DNA of 64,000 nucleotides from Utricularia gibba. Lineage: Eukaryota > Plantae > Magnoliophyta. This document shows positions 25,401 to 39,589 of the stretch, piece after piece. Every line of letters starts with the position of its first letter. Position 1 is the first letter of the stretch. The position numbers and the translations under genes are program-made. The notes beneath the pieces are model-generated. The model saw only the letters and a program-made list of their open reading frames with translations. It did no database searches and was not told the origin of the DNA. Location: positions 1 through 64,000 of the forward strand of contig NEEC01000197.1 of NCBI GenBank assembly GCA_002189035.1, given 5' to 3'.

Positions 25401-28400
25401 TTCGACGAAAATCGTGACACCTTTATTGAAGTTAGGATCTCATGACCACCCCAAATGGTTTTTTCAACAGCATGCTTTACACTTGACAAGGCGCTTTTGT
25501 GGGTCACCGAGATCGGGCCGGATTCGGGTCGGGCTTGAGCCCAAAGTCAGCTGTAGCCCGGCAAAAGAAGTGATGCATTTATTAACGTTGGGTTGTCGGC
25601 GGCTGCCCACATGGTTTTTCAAGCAACAGCTTGCCATTTAAAGGCGGGTGCTGTCGTTGGGAGCTTTGTCCGGCCCGAGATTCGGTCTGGCTACTAAGCC
25701 CAATCGGGTCGCACTCGACGAAAATCGTAACGCATTTGATGTAGTTAGGATGTCATGAGAACCCCAATGGGTTTTCTCAACACTCTGCTATATATTTGAG
25801 AAGGCGCCCTCGGAGGGTTTCGGGATTGGGCCAGAGGTCGGGTCGGGCTCAGGCCATAGTCAGTTGTAGCCCGGAAAATAAGTGATGCATTTATCAACGA
25901 TGGGTTTTCGGCGGCTGCCTAAATGGTTTTTCAAGCAACAGCTTGCCGTTTTAAGGTGGGTGCTGTAGTTGGGAGCTTTGTCAGGGCCCGAGATTCGGTC
26001 TGGCTACTAAGCCCAATCGGGTCGTACTCGACGAAATCGTAATGCATTTGCTTTAGTTAGGATGTCATGAGAACCCCAATGGGTTTTCTCAACACTCTAC
26101 TTTATATTTCAGAAGGCGCTCTTGGGGGGTTTCGGGATTGGGCCAGAGGTCGGGTCGGGCTATGGCCCATAGTCAGTTGTAGCCCGGAAAATAAGTGATG
26201 CATTTATCAACGTTGGGTTTTCGGCGGCTGCCTGAATGGTTTTTCAAGCAATAGCTTGCCATTTTAAGGCGGGTGCTGTCGTTGGCAGCTTTGTAAGGGC
26301 CCAAGGTTCGGTCTGGCTCCTGAGCCCAATCGGGTGCTACTCGATGAAAATCGTGATGCATTTTTGAAGTTAGGATGTCATGAGCACCCCAAATGGTTTT
26401 CTCAACAACCTGATTTATATTTGAGGAGGCGCTCTAGGCTGGCACTAGTATCGAGCAAATGGTCGAGTCGCGCTCTGGCCCATAGTCATTTGTAGCCCGG
26501 CCAAAAAGTGATGCATTTATTAACGTTGGGTTTTCGGGCTGCCTACATGCTTTTTGAGGAAAAGTTGTCGTTTTTTTGCGGGTGCTGTTGTTGGGAACTT
26601 CGTCCGGACCCAAGGTTCGGTCTGACTTCACAGCACAATCCGATCCCATTCGACGAAAATCGTGACACCTTTATTGAAGTTAGGATCTCATGACCACCCC
26701 AAATGGTTTTTTCAACAGCATGCTTTACACTTGACAAGGCGCTTTTGTGGGTCACCGAGATCGGGCCGGATTCGGGTCGGGCTTGAGCCCAAAGTCAGCT
26801 GTAGCCCGGCAAAAGAAGTGATGCATTTATTAACGTTGGGTTGTCGGCGGCTGCCACATGGTTTTTCAAGCAACAGCTTGCCATTTAAAGGCGGGCTGTC
26901 GTTGGGAGCTTTGTCCGGCCGAGATTCGGTCTGGCTACTAAGCCCAATCGGGTCGCACTCGACGAAAATCGTAACGCATTTGATGTAGTTAGGATGTCAT
27001 GAGAACCCCAATGGGTTTTCTCAACACTCTGCTATATATTTGAGAAGGCGCCCTCGGAGGGTTTCGGGATTGGGCCAGAGGTCGGGTCGGGCTCAGGCCA
27101 TAGTCAGTTGTAGCCCGGAAAATAAGTGATGCATTTATCAACGATGGGTTTTCGGCGGCTGCCTAAATGGTTTTTCAAGCAACAGCTTGCCGTTTTAAGG
27201 TGGGTGCTGTAGTTGGGAGCTTTGTCAGGGCCCGAGATTCGGTCTGGCTACTAAGCCCAATCGGGTCGTACTCGACGAAATCGTAATGCATTTGCTTTAG
27301 TTAGGATGTCATGAGAACCCCAATGGGTTTTCTCAACACTCTACTTTATATTTCAGAAGGCGCTCTTGGGGGGTTTCGGGATTGGGCCAGAGGTCGGGTC
27401 GGGCTATGGCCCATAGTCAGTTGTAGCCCGGAAAATAAGTGATGCATTTATCAACGTTGGGTTTTCGGCGGCTGCCTGAATGGTTTTTCAAGCAATAGCT
27501 TGCCATTTTAAGGCGGGTGCTGTCGTTGGCAGCTTTGTAAGGGCCCAAGGTTCGGTCTGGCTCCTGAGCCCAATCGGGTGCTACTCGATGAAAATCGTGA
27601 TGCATTTTTTGAAGTTAGGATGTCATGAGCACCCAAATGGTTTTCTCAACAACCTGATTTATATTTGAGGAGGCGCTCTAGGCTGGCACTAGTATCGAGC
27701 AAATGGTCGAGTCGCGCTCTGGCCCATAGTCATTTGTAGCCCGGCCAAAAAAGTGATGCATTTATTAACGTTGGGTTTTCGGCGGCTGCCTACATGCTTT
27801 TTTCGAGGAAAAGTTGTCGTTTTTTTGCGGGTGCTGTTGTTGGGAACTTCGTCCGGACCCAAGGTTCGGTCTGACTTCACAGCACAATCCGATCCCATTC
27901 GACGAAAATCGTGACACCTTTATTGAAGTTAGGATCTCATGACCACCCCAAATGGTTTTTTCAACAGCATGCTTTACACTTGACAAGGCGCTTTTGTGGG
28001 TCACCGAGATCGGGCCGGATTCGGGTCGGGCTTGAGCCCAAGTCAGCTGTAGCCCGGCAAAAGAAGTGATGCATTTATTAACGTTGGGTTGTCGGCGGCT
28101 GCCCACATGGTTTTTCAAGCAACAGCTTGCCATTTAAAGGCGGGTGCTGTCGTTGGGAGCTTTGTCCGGCCCGAGATTCGGTCTGGCTACTAAGCCCAAT
28201 CGGGTCGCACTCGACGAAAATCGTAACGCATTTGATGTAGTTAGGATGTCATGAGAACCCCAATGGGTTTTCTCAACACTCTGCTATATATTTGAGAAGG
28301 CGCCCTCGGAGGGTTTCGGGATTGGGCCAGAGGTCGGGTCGGGCTCAGGCCAATAGTCAGTTGTAGCCCGGAAAATAAGTGATGCATTTATCAACGATGG

Positions 28401-28664
28401 GTTTTCGGCGGCTGCCTAAATGGTTTTTCAAGCAACAGCTTGCCGTTTTAAGGTGGGTGCTGTAGTTGGGAGCTTTGTCAGGGCCGAGATTCGGTCTGGC
28501 TACTAAGCCCAATCGGGTCGTACTCGACGAAATCGTAATGCATTTGCTTTAGTTAGGATGTCATGAGAACCCCAATGGGTTTTCTCAACACTCTTTATAT
28601 TTCAGAAGGCGCTCTTGGGGGTTTCGGGATTGGGCCAGAGGTCGGGTCGGGCTATGGCCCATAG

Positions 28665-29575
28665 TCAGTTGTAGCCCGGAAAATAAGTGATGCATTTATC
28701 AACGTGGGTTTTCGGCGGCTGCCTAAATGGTTTTTCAAGCAATAGCTTGCCATTTTAAGGCGGTGCTGTCGTTGGCAGCTTTGTAGGGCCCAAGGTTCGG
28801 TCTGGCTCCTGAGCCCAATCGGGTGCTACTCGATGAAAATCGTGATGCATTTTTTGAAGTTAGGATGTCATGAGCACCCCAAATGGTTTTCTCAACAACC
28901 TGATTTATATTTGAGGAGGCGCTCTAGGCTGGCACTAGTATCGAGCAAATGGTCGAGTCGCGCTCTGGCCCATAGTCATTTGTAGCCCGGCCAAAAAGTG
29001 ATGCATTTATTAACGTTGGGTTTTCGGCGGCTGCCTACATGCTTTTTGAAGGAAAAGTTGTCGTTTTTTGCGGGTGCTGTTGTTGGGAACTTTGTCCGGA
29101 CCCAAGGTTCGGTCTGACTTCACAGCACAATCCGATCCCATTCGACGAAAATCGTGATACCTTTATTGAAGTTAGGATCTCATGACCACCCCAAATGGTT
29201 TTTTCAACAGCATGCTTTACACTTGACAAGGCGCTTTTGTGGGTCACCGAGATCGGGCCGGATTCGGGTCGGGCTTGAGCCCAAGTCAGCTGTAGCCCGG
29301 CAAAAGAAGTGATGCATTTATTAACGTTGGGTTGTCGGCGGCTGCCCACATGGTTTTTCAAGCAACAGCTTGCCATTTAAGCCCGCCCACCCCCGAGATT
29401 CGGTCTGGCTACTAAGCCCAATCGGGTCGCACTCGACGAAAATCGTAATGCATTTGTTGTAGTTAGGATGTCATGAGAACCCCAATGGTTTTCTCAACAC
29501 TCTGCTATATATTTGAGAGGCGCTCTTGGGGGGTTTCGGATTGGGCCAGAGGTCGGGTCGGGCTCAGGCCCATAG
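28665..29575. repeat. 3-monomer HOR variant (A-B-C/D, D skipped)
   Basis: A starts at 28665 and 29576 (911 bp apart). The C monomer at 29286 ends with D-type GCGCTCTTGGGGGGTTTC and runs straight into A. Confidence 0.8.
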
Positions 29576-32500
29576 TCAGTTGTAGCCCGGAAAATAAGTG
29601 ATGCATTTATCAACGTTGGGTTTTCGGCGGCTGCCTGAATGGTTTTTCAAGCAATAGCTTGCCATTTTAAGGCGGGTGCTGTCGTTGGCAGCTTTGTAAG
29701 GGCCCAAGGTTCGGTCTGGCTCCTGAGCCCAATCGGGTGCTACTCGATGAAAATCGTGATGCATTTTTTGAAGTTAGGATGTCATGAGCACCCCAAATGG
29801 TTTTCTCAACAACCTGATTTATATTTGAGGAGGCGCTCTAGGCTGGCACTAGTATCGAGCAAATGGTCGAGTCGCGCTCTGGCCCATAGTCATTTGTAGC
29901 CCGGCCAAAAAAGTGATGCATTTATTAACGTTGGGTTTTCGGCGGCTGCCTACATGCTTTTTTCGAGGAAAAGTTGTCGTTTTTTTGCGGGTGCTGTTGT
30001 TGGGAACTTCGTCCGGACCCAAGGTTCGGTCTGACTTCACAGCACAATCCGATCCCATTCGACGAAAATCGTGACACCTTTATTGAAGTTAGGATCTCAT
30101 GACCACCCCAAATGGTTTTTTCAACAGCATGCTTTACACTTGACAAGGCGCTTTTGTGGGTCACCGAGATCGGGCCGGATTCGGGTCGGGCTTGAGCCCA
30201 TAGTCAGCTGTAGCCCGGCAAAAGAAGTGATGCATTTATTAACGTTGGGTTGTCGGCGGCTGCCCACATGGTTTTTCAAGCAACAGCTTGCCATTTAAAG
30301 GCGGGTGCTGTCGTTGGGAGCTTTGTCCGGCCCGAGATTCGGTCTGGCTACTAAGCCCAATCGGGTCGCACTCGACGAAAATCGTAACGCATTTGATGTA
30401 GTTAGGATGTCATGAGAACCCCAATGGGTTTTCTCAACACTCTGCTATATATTTGAGAAGGCGCCCTCGGAGGGTTTCGGGATTGGGCCAGAGGTCGGGT
30501 CGGGCTCAGGCCAATAGTCAGTTGTAGCCCGGAAAATAAGTGATGCATTTATCAACGATGGGTTTTCGGCGGCTGCCTAAATGGTTTTTCAAGCAACAGC
30601 TTGCCGTTTTAAGGTGGGTGCTGTAGTTGGGAGCTTTGTCAGGGCCCGAGATTCGGTCTGGCTACTAAGCCCAATCGGGTCGTACTCGACGAAATCGTAA
30701 TGCATTTGCTTTAGTTAGGATGTCATGAGAACCCCAATGGGTTTTCTCAACACTCTACTTTATATTTCAGAAGGCGCTCTTGGGGGGTTTCGGGATTGGG
30801 CCAGAGGTCGGGTCGGGCTATGGCCCATAGTCAGTTGTAGCCCGGAAAATAAGTGATGCATTTATCAACGTTGGGTTTTCGGCGGCTGCCTGAATGGTTT
30901 TTCAAGCAATAGCTTGCCATTTTAAGGCGGGTGCTGTCGTTGGCAGCTTTGTAAGGGCCCAAGGTTCGGTCTGGCTCCTGAGCCCAATCGGGTGCTACTC
31001 GATGAAAATCGTGATGCATTTTTTGAAGTTAGGATGTCATGAGCACCCCAAATGGTTTTCTCAACAACCTGATTTATATTTGAGGAGGCGCTCTAGGCTG
31101 GCACTAGTATCGAGCAAATGGTCGAGTCGCGCTCTGGCCCATAGTCATTTGTAGCCCGGCCAAAAAAGTGATGCATTTATTAACGTTGGGTTTTCGGCGG
31201 CTGCCTACATGCTTTTTTCGAGGAAAAGTTGTCGTTTTTTTGCGGGTGCTGTTGTTGGGAACTTCGTCCGGACCCAAGGTTCGGTCTGACTTCACAGCAC
31301 AATCCGATCCCATTCGACGAAAATCGTGACACCTTTATTGAAGTTAGGATCTCATGACCACCCCAATGGTTTTTTCAACAGCATGCTTACACTTGACAAG
31401 GCGCTTTTGTGGGTCACCGAGATCGGGCCGGATTCGGGTCGGGCTTGAGCCCAAGTCAGCTGTAGCCCGGCAAAAGAAGTGATGCATTTATTAACGTTGG
31501 GTTGTCGGCGGCTGCCCACATGGTTTTTCAAGCAATAGCTTGCCATTTAAAGGCGGGTGCTGTCGTTGGGAGCTTTGTCCGGCCCGAGATTCGGTCTGGC
31601 TACTAGCCCAATCGGGTCGCACTCGACGAAAATCGTAACGCATTTGATGTAGTTAGGATGTCATGAGAACCCCAATGGTTTTCTCAACACTCTGCTATAT
31701 ATTTGAGAAGGCGCCCTCGGAGGGTTTCGGGATTGGGCCAGAGGTCGGGTCGGGCTCAGGCCAATAGTCAGTTGTAGCCCGGAAATAAGTGATGCATTTA
31801 TCAACGATGGGTTTTCGGCGGCTGCCTAAATGGTTTTTCAAGCAACAGCTTGCCGTTTTAAGGTGGGTGCTGTAGTTGGGAGCTTTGTCAGGCCCGAGAT
31901 TCGGTCTGGCTACTAAGCCCAATCGGGTCGTACTCGACGAAATCGTAATGCATTTGCTTTAGTTAGGATGTCATGAGAACCCCAACGGGTTTTCTCAACA
32001 CTCTACTTTATATTTCAGAAGGCGCTCTTGGGGGGTTTCGGGATTGGGCCAGAGGTCGGGTCGGGCTATGGCCCATAGTCAGTTGTAGCCCGGAAAATAA
32101 GTGATGCATTTATCAACGTTGGGTTTTCGGCGGCTGCCTGAATGGTTTTTCAAGCAATAGCTTGCCATTTTAAGGCGGGTGCTGTCGTTGGCAGCTTTGT
32201 AAGGGCCCAAGGTTCGGTCTGGCTCCTGAGCCCAATCGGGTGCTACTCGATGAAAATCGTGATGCATTTTTTGAAGTTAGGATGTCATGAGCACCCAAAT
32301 GGTTTTCTCAACAACCTGATTTATATTTGAGGAGGCGCTCTAGGCTGGCACTAGTATCGAGCAAATGGTCGAGTCGCGCTCTGGCCCATAGTCATTTGTA
32401 GCCCGGCCAAAAAAGTGATGCATTTATTAACGTTGGGTTTTCGGCGGCTGCCTACATGCTTTTTTCGAGGAAAAGTTGTCGTTTTTTTGCGGGTGCTGTT

Positions 32501-35500
32501 GTTGGGAACTTCGTCCGGACCCAAGGTTCGGTCTGACTTCACAGCACAATCCGATCCCATTCGACGAAAATCGTGACACCTTTATTGAAGTTAGGATCTC
32601 ATGACCACCCCAAATGGTTTTTTCAACAGCATGCTTTACACTTGACAAGGCGCTTTTGTGGGTCACGAGATCGGGCCGGATTCGGGTCGGGCTTGAGCCC
32701 AAGTCAGCTGTAGCCCGGCAAAAGAAGTGATGCATTTATTAACGTTGGGTTGTCGGCGGCTGCCCACATGGTTTGTCAAGCAATAGCTTGCCATTTAAAG
32801 TCGGGTGCTGTCGGGGAGCTTTGTCCGGCCCGAGATTCGGTCTGGCTACTAAGCCCAATCGGGTCGCACTCGACGAAAATCGTAACGCATTTGATGTAGT
32901 TAGGATGTCATGAGAACCCCAATGGGTTTTCTCAACACTCTGCTATATATTTGAGAAGCGCCCTCGGAGGGTTTCGGGATTGGGCCAGAGGTCGGGTCGG
33001 GCTCAGGCCAATAGTCAGTTGTAGCCCGGAAAATAAGTGATGCATTTATCAACGATGGGTTTTCGCGGCTGCCTAAATGGTTTTTCAAGCAACAGCTTGC
33101 CGTTTTAAGGTGGGTGCTGTAGTTGGGAGCTTTGTCAGGGCCCGAGATTCGGTCTGGCTACTAAGCCCAATCGGGTCGTACTCGACGAAATCGTAATGCA
33201 TTTGCTTTAGTTAGGATGTCATGAGAACCCCAATGGGTTTTCTCAACACTCTACTTTATATTTCAGAAGGCGCTCTTGGGGGGTTTCGGGATTGGGCCAG
33301 AGGTCGGGTCGGGCTATGGCCCATAGTCAGTTGTAGCCCGGAAAATAAGTGATGCATTTATCAACGTTGGGTTTTCGGCGGCTGCCTGATGGTTTTTCAA
33401 GCAATAGCTTGCCATTTTAAGGCGGGTGCTGTCGTTGGCAGCTTTGTAAGGGCCCAAGGTTCGGTCTGGCTCCTGAGCCCAATCGGGTGCTACTCGATGA
33501 AAATCGTGATGCATTTTTTGAAGTTAGGATGTCATGAGCACCCCAAATGGTTTTCTCAACAACCTGATTTATATTTGAGGAGGCGCTCTAGGCTGGCACT
33601 AGTATCGAGCAAATGGTCGAGTCGCGCTCTGGCCCATAGTCATTTGTAGCCCGGCCAAAAAAGTGATGCATTTATTAACGTTGGGTTTTCGGCGGCTGCC
33701 TACATGCTTTTTTCGAGGAAAAGTTGTCGTTTTTTTGCGGGTGCTGTTGTTGGGAACTTCGTCCGGACCCAAGGATCGGTCTGACTTCACAGCACAATCC
33801 GATCCCATTCGACGAAAATCGTGACACCTTTATTGAAGTTAGGATCTCATGACCACCCCAAATGGTTTTTTCAACAGCATGCTTTACACTTGACAAGGCG
33901 CTTTTGTGGGTCACCGAGATCGGGCCGGATTCGGGTCGGGCTTGAGCCCAAAGTCAGCTGTAGCCCGGCAAAAGAAGTGATGCATTTATTAACGTTGGGT
34001 TGTCGGCGGCTGCCCACATGGTTTGTCAAGCAATAGCTTGCCATTTAAAGTCGGGTGCTGTCGTTGGGAGCTTTGTCCGGGCCGAGATTCGGTCTGGCTA
34101 CTAAGCCCAATCGGGTCGCACTCGACGAAAATCGTAACGCATTTGATGTAGTTAGGATGTCATGAGAACCCCAATGGGTTTTCTCAACACTCTGCTGCTA
34201 TATATTTGAAGGCGCCCTCGGAGGGTTTCGGGATTGGGCCAGAGGTCGGGTCGGGCTCAGGCCAATAGTCAGTTGTAGCCCGGAAAATAAGTGATGCATT
34301 TATCAACGATGGGTTTTCGGCGGCTGCCTAAATGGTTTTTCAAGCAACAGCTTGCCGTTTTAAGGTGGGTGCTGTAGTTGGGAGCTTTGTCAGGGCCCGA
34401 GATTCGGTCTGGCTACTAAGCCCAATCGGGTCGTACTCGACGAAATCGTAATGCATTTGCTTTAGTTAGGATGTCATGAGAACCCCAACGGGTTTTCTCA
34501 ACACTCTACTTTATATTTCAGAAGGCGCTCTTGGGGGGTTTCGGGATTGGGCCAGGTCGGTCGGGCTATGGCCCATAGTCAGTTGTAGCCCGGAAAATAA
34601 GTGATGCATTTATCAACGTTGGGTTTTCGGCGGCTGCCTGAATGGTTTTTCAAGCAATAGCTTGCCATTTTAAGGCGGGTGCTGTCGTTGGCAGCTTTGT
34701 AAGGGCCCAAGGTTCGGTCTGGCTCCTGAGCCCAATCGGGTGCTACTCGATGAAAATCGTGATGCATTTTTTGAAGTTAGGATGTCATGAGCACCCCAAA
34801 TGGTTTTCTCAACAACCTGATTTATATTTGAGGAGGCGCTCTAGGCTGGCACTAGTATCGAGCAAATGGTCGAGTCGCGCTCTGGCCCATAGTCATTTGT
34901 AGCCCGGCCAAAAAAGTGATGCATTTATTAACGTTGGGTTTTCGGCGGCTGCCTACATGCTTTTTTCGAGGAAAAGTTGTCGTTTTTTTGCGGGTGCTGT
35001 TGTTGGGAACTTCGTCCGGACCCAAGGTCGGTCTGACTTCACAGCACAATCCGATCCCATTCGACGAAAATCGTGACACCTTTATTGAAGTTAGGATCTC
35101 ATGACCACCCCAAATGGTTTTTTCAACAGCATGCTTTACACTTGACAAGGCGCTTTTGTGGGTCACCGAGATCGGGCCGGATTCGGGTCGGGCTTGAGCC
35201 CAAGTCAGCTGTAGCCCGGCAAAAGAAGTGATGCATTTATTAACGTTGGGTTGTCGGCGGCTGCCCACATGGTTTGTCAAGCAATAGCTTGCCATTTAAA
35301 GTCGGGTGCTGTCGTTGGGAGCTTTGTCCGGCCCGAGATTCGGTCTGGCTACTAAGCCCAATCGGGTCGCACTCGACGAAAATCGTAACGCATTTGATGT
35401 AGTTAGGATGTCATGAGAACCCCAATGGGTTTTCTCAACACTCTGCTATATATTTGAGAAGGCGCCCTCGGAGGGTTTCGGGATTGGGCCAGAGGTCGGG

Positions 35501-38500
35501 TCGGGCTCAGGCCAATAGTCAGTTGTAGCCCGGAAAATAAGTGATGCATTTATCAACGATGGGTTTTCGGCGGCTGCCTAAATGGTTTTTCAAGCAACAG
35601 CTTGCCGTTTTAAGGTGGGTGCTGTAGTTGGGAGCTTTGTCAGGGCCCGAGATTCGGTCTGGCTACTAAGCCCAATCGGGTCGTACTCGACGAAATCGTA
35701 ATGCATTTGCTTTAGTTAGGATGTCATGAGAACCCCAACGGGTTTTCTCAACACTCTACTTTATATTTCAGAAGGCGCTCTTGGGGGGTTTCGGGATTGG
35801 GCCAGAGGTCGGGTCGGGCTATGGCCCATAGTCAGTTGTAGCCCGGAAAATAAGTGATGCATTTATCAACGTTGGGTTTTCGGCGGCTGCCTGAATGGTT
35901 TTTCAAGCAATAGCTTGCCATTTTAAGGCGGGTGCTGTCGTTGGCAGCTTTGTAAGGGCCCAAGGTTCGGTCTGGCTCCTGAGCCCAATCGGGTGCTACT
36001 CGATGAAAATCGTGATGCATTTTTTGAAGTTAGGATGTCATGAGCACCCCAAATGGTTTTCTCAACAACCTGATTTATATTTGAGGAGGCGCTCTAGGCT
36101 GGCACTAGTATCGAGCAAATGGTCGAGTCGCGCTCTGGCCCATAGTCATTTGTAGCCCGGCCAAAAAAGTGATGCATTTATTAACGTTGGGTTTTCGGCG
36201 GCTGCCTACATGCTTTTTTCGAGGAAAAGTTGTCGTTTTTTTGCGGGTGCTGTTGTTGGGAACTTCGTCCGGACCCAAGGTCGGTCTGACTTCACAGCAC
36301 AATCCGATCCCATTCGACGAAAATCGTGACCTTTATTGAAGTTAGGATCTCATGACCACCCCAAATGGTTTTTTCAACAGCATGCTTTACACTTGACAAG
36401 GCGCTTTTGTGGGTCACCGAGATCGGGCCGGATTCGGGTCGGGCTTGAGCCCAAGTCAGCTGTAGCCCGGCAAAAGAAGTGATGCATTTATTAACGTTGG
36501 GTTGTCGGCGGCTGCCCACATGGTTTGTCAAGCAATAGCTTGCCATTTAAAGTCGGGTGCTGTCGTTGGGAGCTTTGTCCGGCCCGAGATTCGGTCTGGC
36601 TACTAAGCCCAATCGGGTCGCACTCGACGAAAATCGTAACGCATTTGATGTAGTTAGGATGTCATGAGAACCCCAATGGGTTTTCTCAACACTCTGCTAT
36701 ATATTTGAGAAGGCGCCCTCGGAGGGTTTCGGGATTGGGCCAGAGGTCGGGTCGGGCTCAGGCCAATAGTCAGTTGTAGCCCGGAAAATAAGTGATGCAT
36801 TTATCAACGATGGGTTTTCGGCGGCTGCCTAAATGGTTTTTCAAGCAACAGCTTGCCGTTTTAAGGTGGGTGCTGTAGTTGGGAGCTTTGTCAGGGCCCG
36901 AGATTCGGTCTGGCTACTAAGCCCAATCGGGTCGTACTCGACGAAATCGTAATGCATTTGCTTTAGTTAGGATGTCATGAGAACCCCAACGGGTTTTCTC
37001 AACACTCTACTTTATATTTCAGAAGGCGCTCTTGGGGGTTTCGGGATTGGGCCAGAGGTCGGGTCGGGCTATGGCCCATAGTCAGTTGTAGCCCGGAAAA
37101 TAAGTGATGCATTTATCAACGTTGGGTTTTCGGCGGCTGCCTGAATGGTTTTTCAAGCAATAGCTTGCCATTTTAAGGCGGGTGCTGTCGTTGGCAGCTT
37201 TGTAAGGGCCCAAGGTTCGGTCTGGCTCCTGAGCCCAATCGGGTGCTACTCGATGAAAATCGTGATGCATTTTTTGAAGTTAGGATGTCATGAGCACCCC
37301 AAATGGTTTTCTCAACAACCTGATTTATATTTGAGGAGGCGCTCTAGGCTGGCACTAGTATCGAGCAAATGGTCGAGTCGCGCTCTGGCCCATAGTCATT
37401 TGTAGCCCGGCCAAAAAAGTGATGCATTTATTAACGTTGGGTTTTCGGCGGCTGCCTACATGCTTTTTTCGAGGAAAAGTTGTCGTTTTTTTGCGGGTGC
37501 TGTTGTTGGGAACTTCGTCCGGACCCAAGGTTCGGTCTGACTTCACAGCACAATCCGATCCCATTCGACGAAAATCGTGACACCTTTATTGAAGTTAGGA
37601 TCTCATGACCACCCCAAATGGTTTTTTCAACAGCATGCTTTACACTTGACAAGGCGCTTTTGTGGGTCACCGAGATCGGGCCGGATTCGGGTCGGGCTTG
37701 AGCCCATAGTCAGCTGTAGCCCGGCAAAAGAAGTGATGCATTTATTAACGTTGGGTTGTCGGCGGCTGCCCACATGGTTTTTCAAGCAATAGCTTGCCAT
37801 TTAAAGTCGGGTGCTGTCGTTGGGAGCTTTGTCCGGCCCGAGATTCGGTCTGGCTACTAAGCCCAATCGGGTCGCACTCGACGAAAATCGTAACGCATTT
37901 GATGTAGTTAGGATGTCATGAGAACCCCAATGGGTTTTCTCAACACTCTGCTATATATTTGAGAAGGCGCCCTCGGAGGGTTTCGGGATTGGGCCAGAGG
38001 TCGGGTCGGGCTCAGGCCAATAGTCAGTTGTAGCCCGGAAAATAAGTGATGCATTTATCAACGATGGGTTTTCGGCGGCTGCCTAAATGGTTTTTCAAGC
38101 AACAGCTTGCCGTTTTAAGGTGGGTGCTGTAGTTGGGAGCTTTGTCAGGGCCCGAGATTCGGTCTGGCTACTAAGCCCAATCGGGTCGTACTCGACGAAA
38201 TCGTAATGCATTTGCTTTAGTTAGGATGTCATGAGAACCCCAACGGGTTTTCTCAACACTCTACTTTATATTTCAGAAGGCGCTCTTGGGGGGTTTCGGG
38301 ATTGGGCCAGAGGTCGGGTCGGGCTATGGCCCATAGTCAGTTGTAGCCCGGAAAATAAGTGATGCATTTATCAACGTTGGGTTTTCGGCGGCTGCCTGAA
38401 TGGTTTTTCAAGCAATAGCTTGCCATTTTAAGGCGGGTGCTGTCGTTGGCAGCTTTGTAAGGGCCCAAGGTTCGGTCTGGCTCCTGAGCCCAATCGGGTG

Positions 38501-39589
38501 CTACTCGATGAAAATCGTGATGCATTTTTTGAAGTTAGGATGTCATGAGCACCCCAAATGGTTTTCTCAACAACCTGATTTATATTTGAGGAGGCGCTCT
38601 AGGCTGGCACTAGTATCGAGCAAATGGTCGAGTCGCGCTCTGGCCCATAGTCATTTGTAGCCCGGCCAAAAAAGTGATGCATTTATTAACGTTGGGTTTT
38701 CGGCGGCTGCCTACATGCTTTTTTCGAGGAAAAGTTGTCGTTTTTTTGCGGGTGCTGTTGTTGGGAACTTCGTCCGGACCCAAGGTCGGTCTGACTTCAC
38801 AGCACAATCCGATCCCATTCGACGAAAATCGTGACACCTTTATTGAAGTTAGGATCTCATGACCACCCCAAATGGTTTTTTCAACAGCATGCTTTACACT
38901 TGACAAGGCGCTTTTGTGGGTCACCGAGATCGGGCCGGATTCGGGTCGGGCTTGAGCCCAAGTCAGCTGTAGCCCGGCAAAAGAAGTGATGCATTTATTA
39001 ACGTTGGGTTGTCGGCGGCTGCCCACATGGTTTGTCAAGCAATAGCTTGCCATTTAAAGTCGGGTGCTGTCGTTGGGAGCTTTGTCCGGCCCGAGATTCG
39101 GTCTGGCTACTAAGCCCAATCGGGTCGCACTCGACGAAAATCGTAACGCATTTGATGTAGTTAGGATGTCATGAGAACCCCAATGGGTTTTCTCAACACT
39201 CTGCTATATATTTGAGAAGGCGCCCTCGGAGGGTTTCGGGATTGGGCCAGAGGTCGGGTCGGGCTCAGGCCAATAGTCAGTTGTAGCCCGGAAAATAAGT
39301 GATGCATTTATCAACGATGGGTTTTCGGCGGCTGCCTAAATGGTTTTTCAAGCAACAGCTTGCCGTTTTAAGGTGGGTGCTGTAGTTGGGAGCTTTGTCA
39401 GGGCCCGAGATTCGGTCTGGCTACTAAGCCCAATCGGGTCGTACTCGACGAAATCGTAATGCATTTGCTTTAGTTAGGATGTCATGAGAACCCCAACGGG
39501 TTTTCTCAACACTCTACTTTATATTTCAGAAGGCGCTCTTGGGGGGTTTCGGGATTGGGCCAGAGGTCGGGTCGGGCTATGGCCCATAG

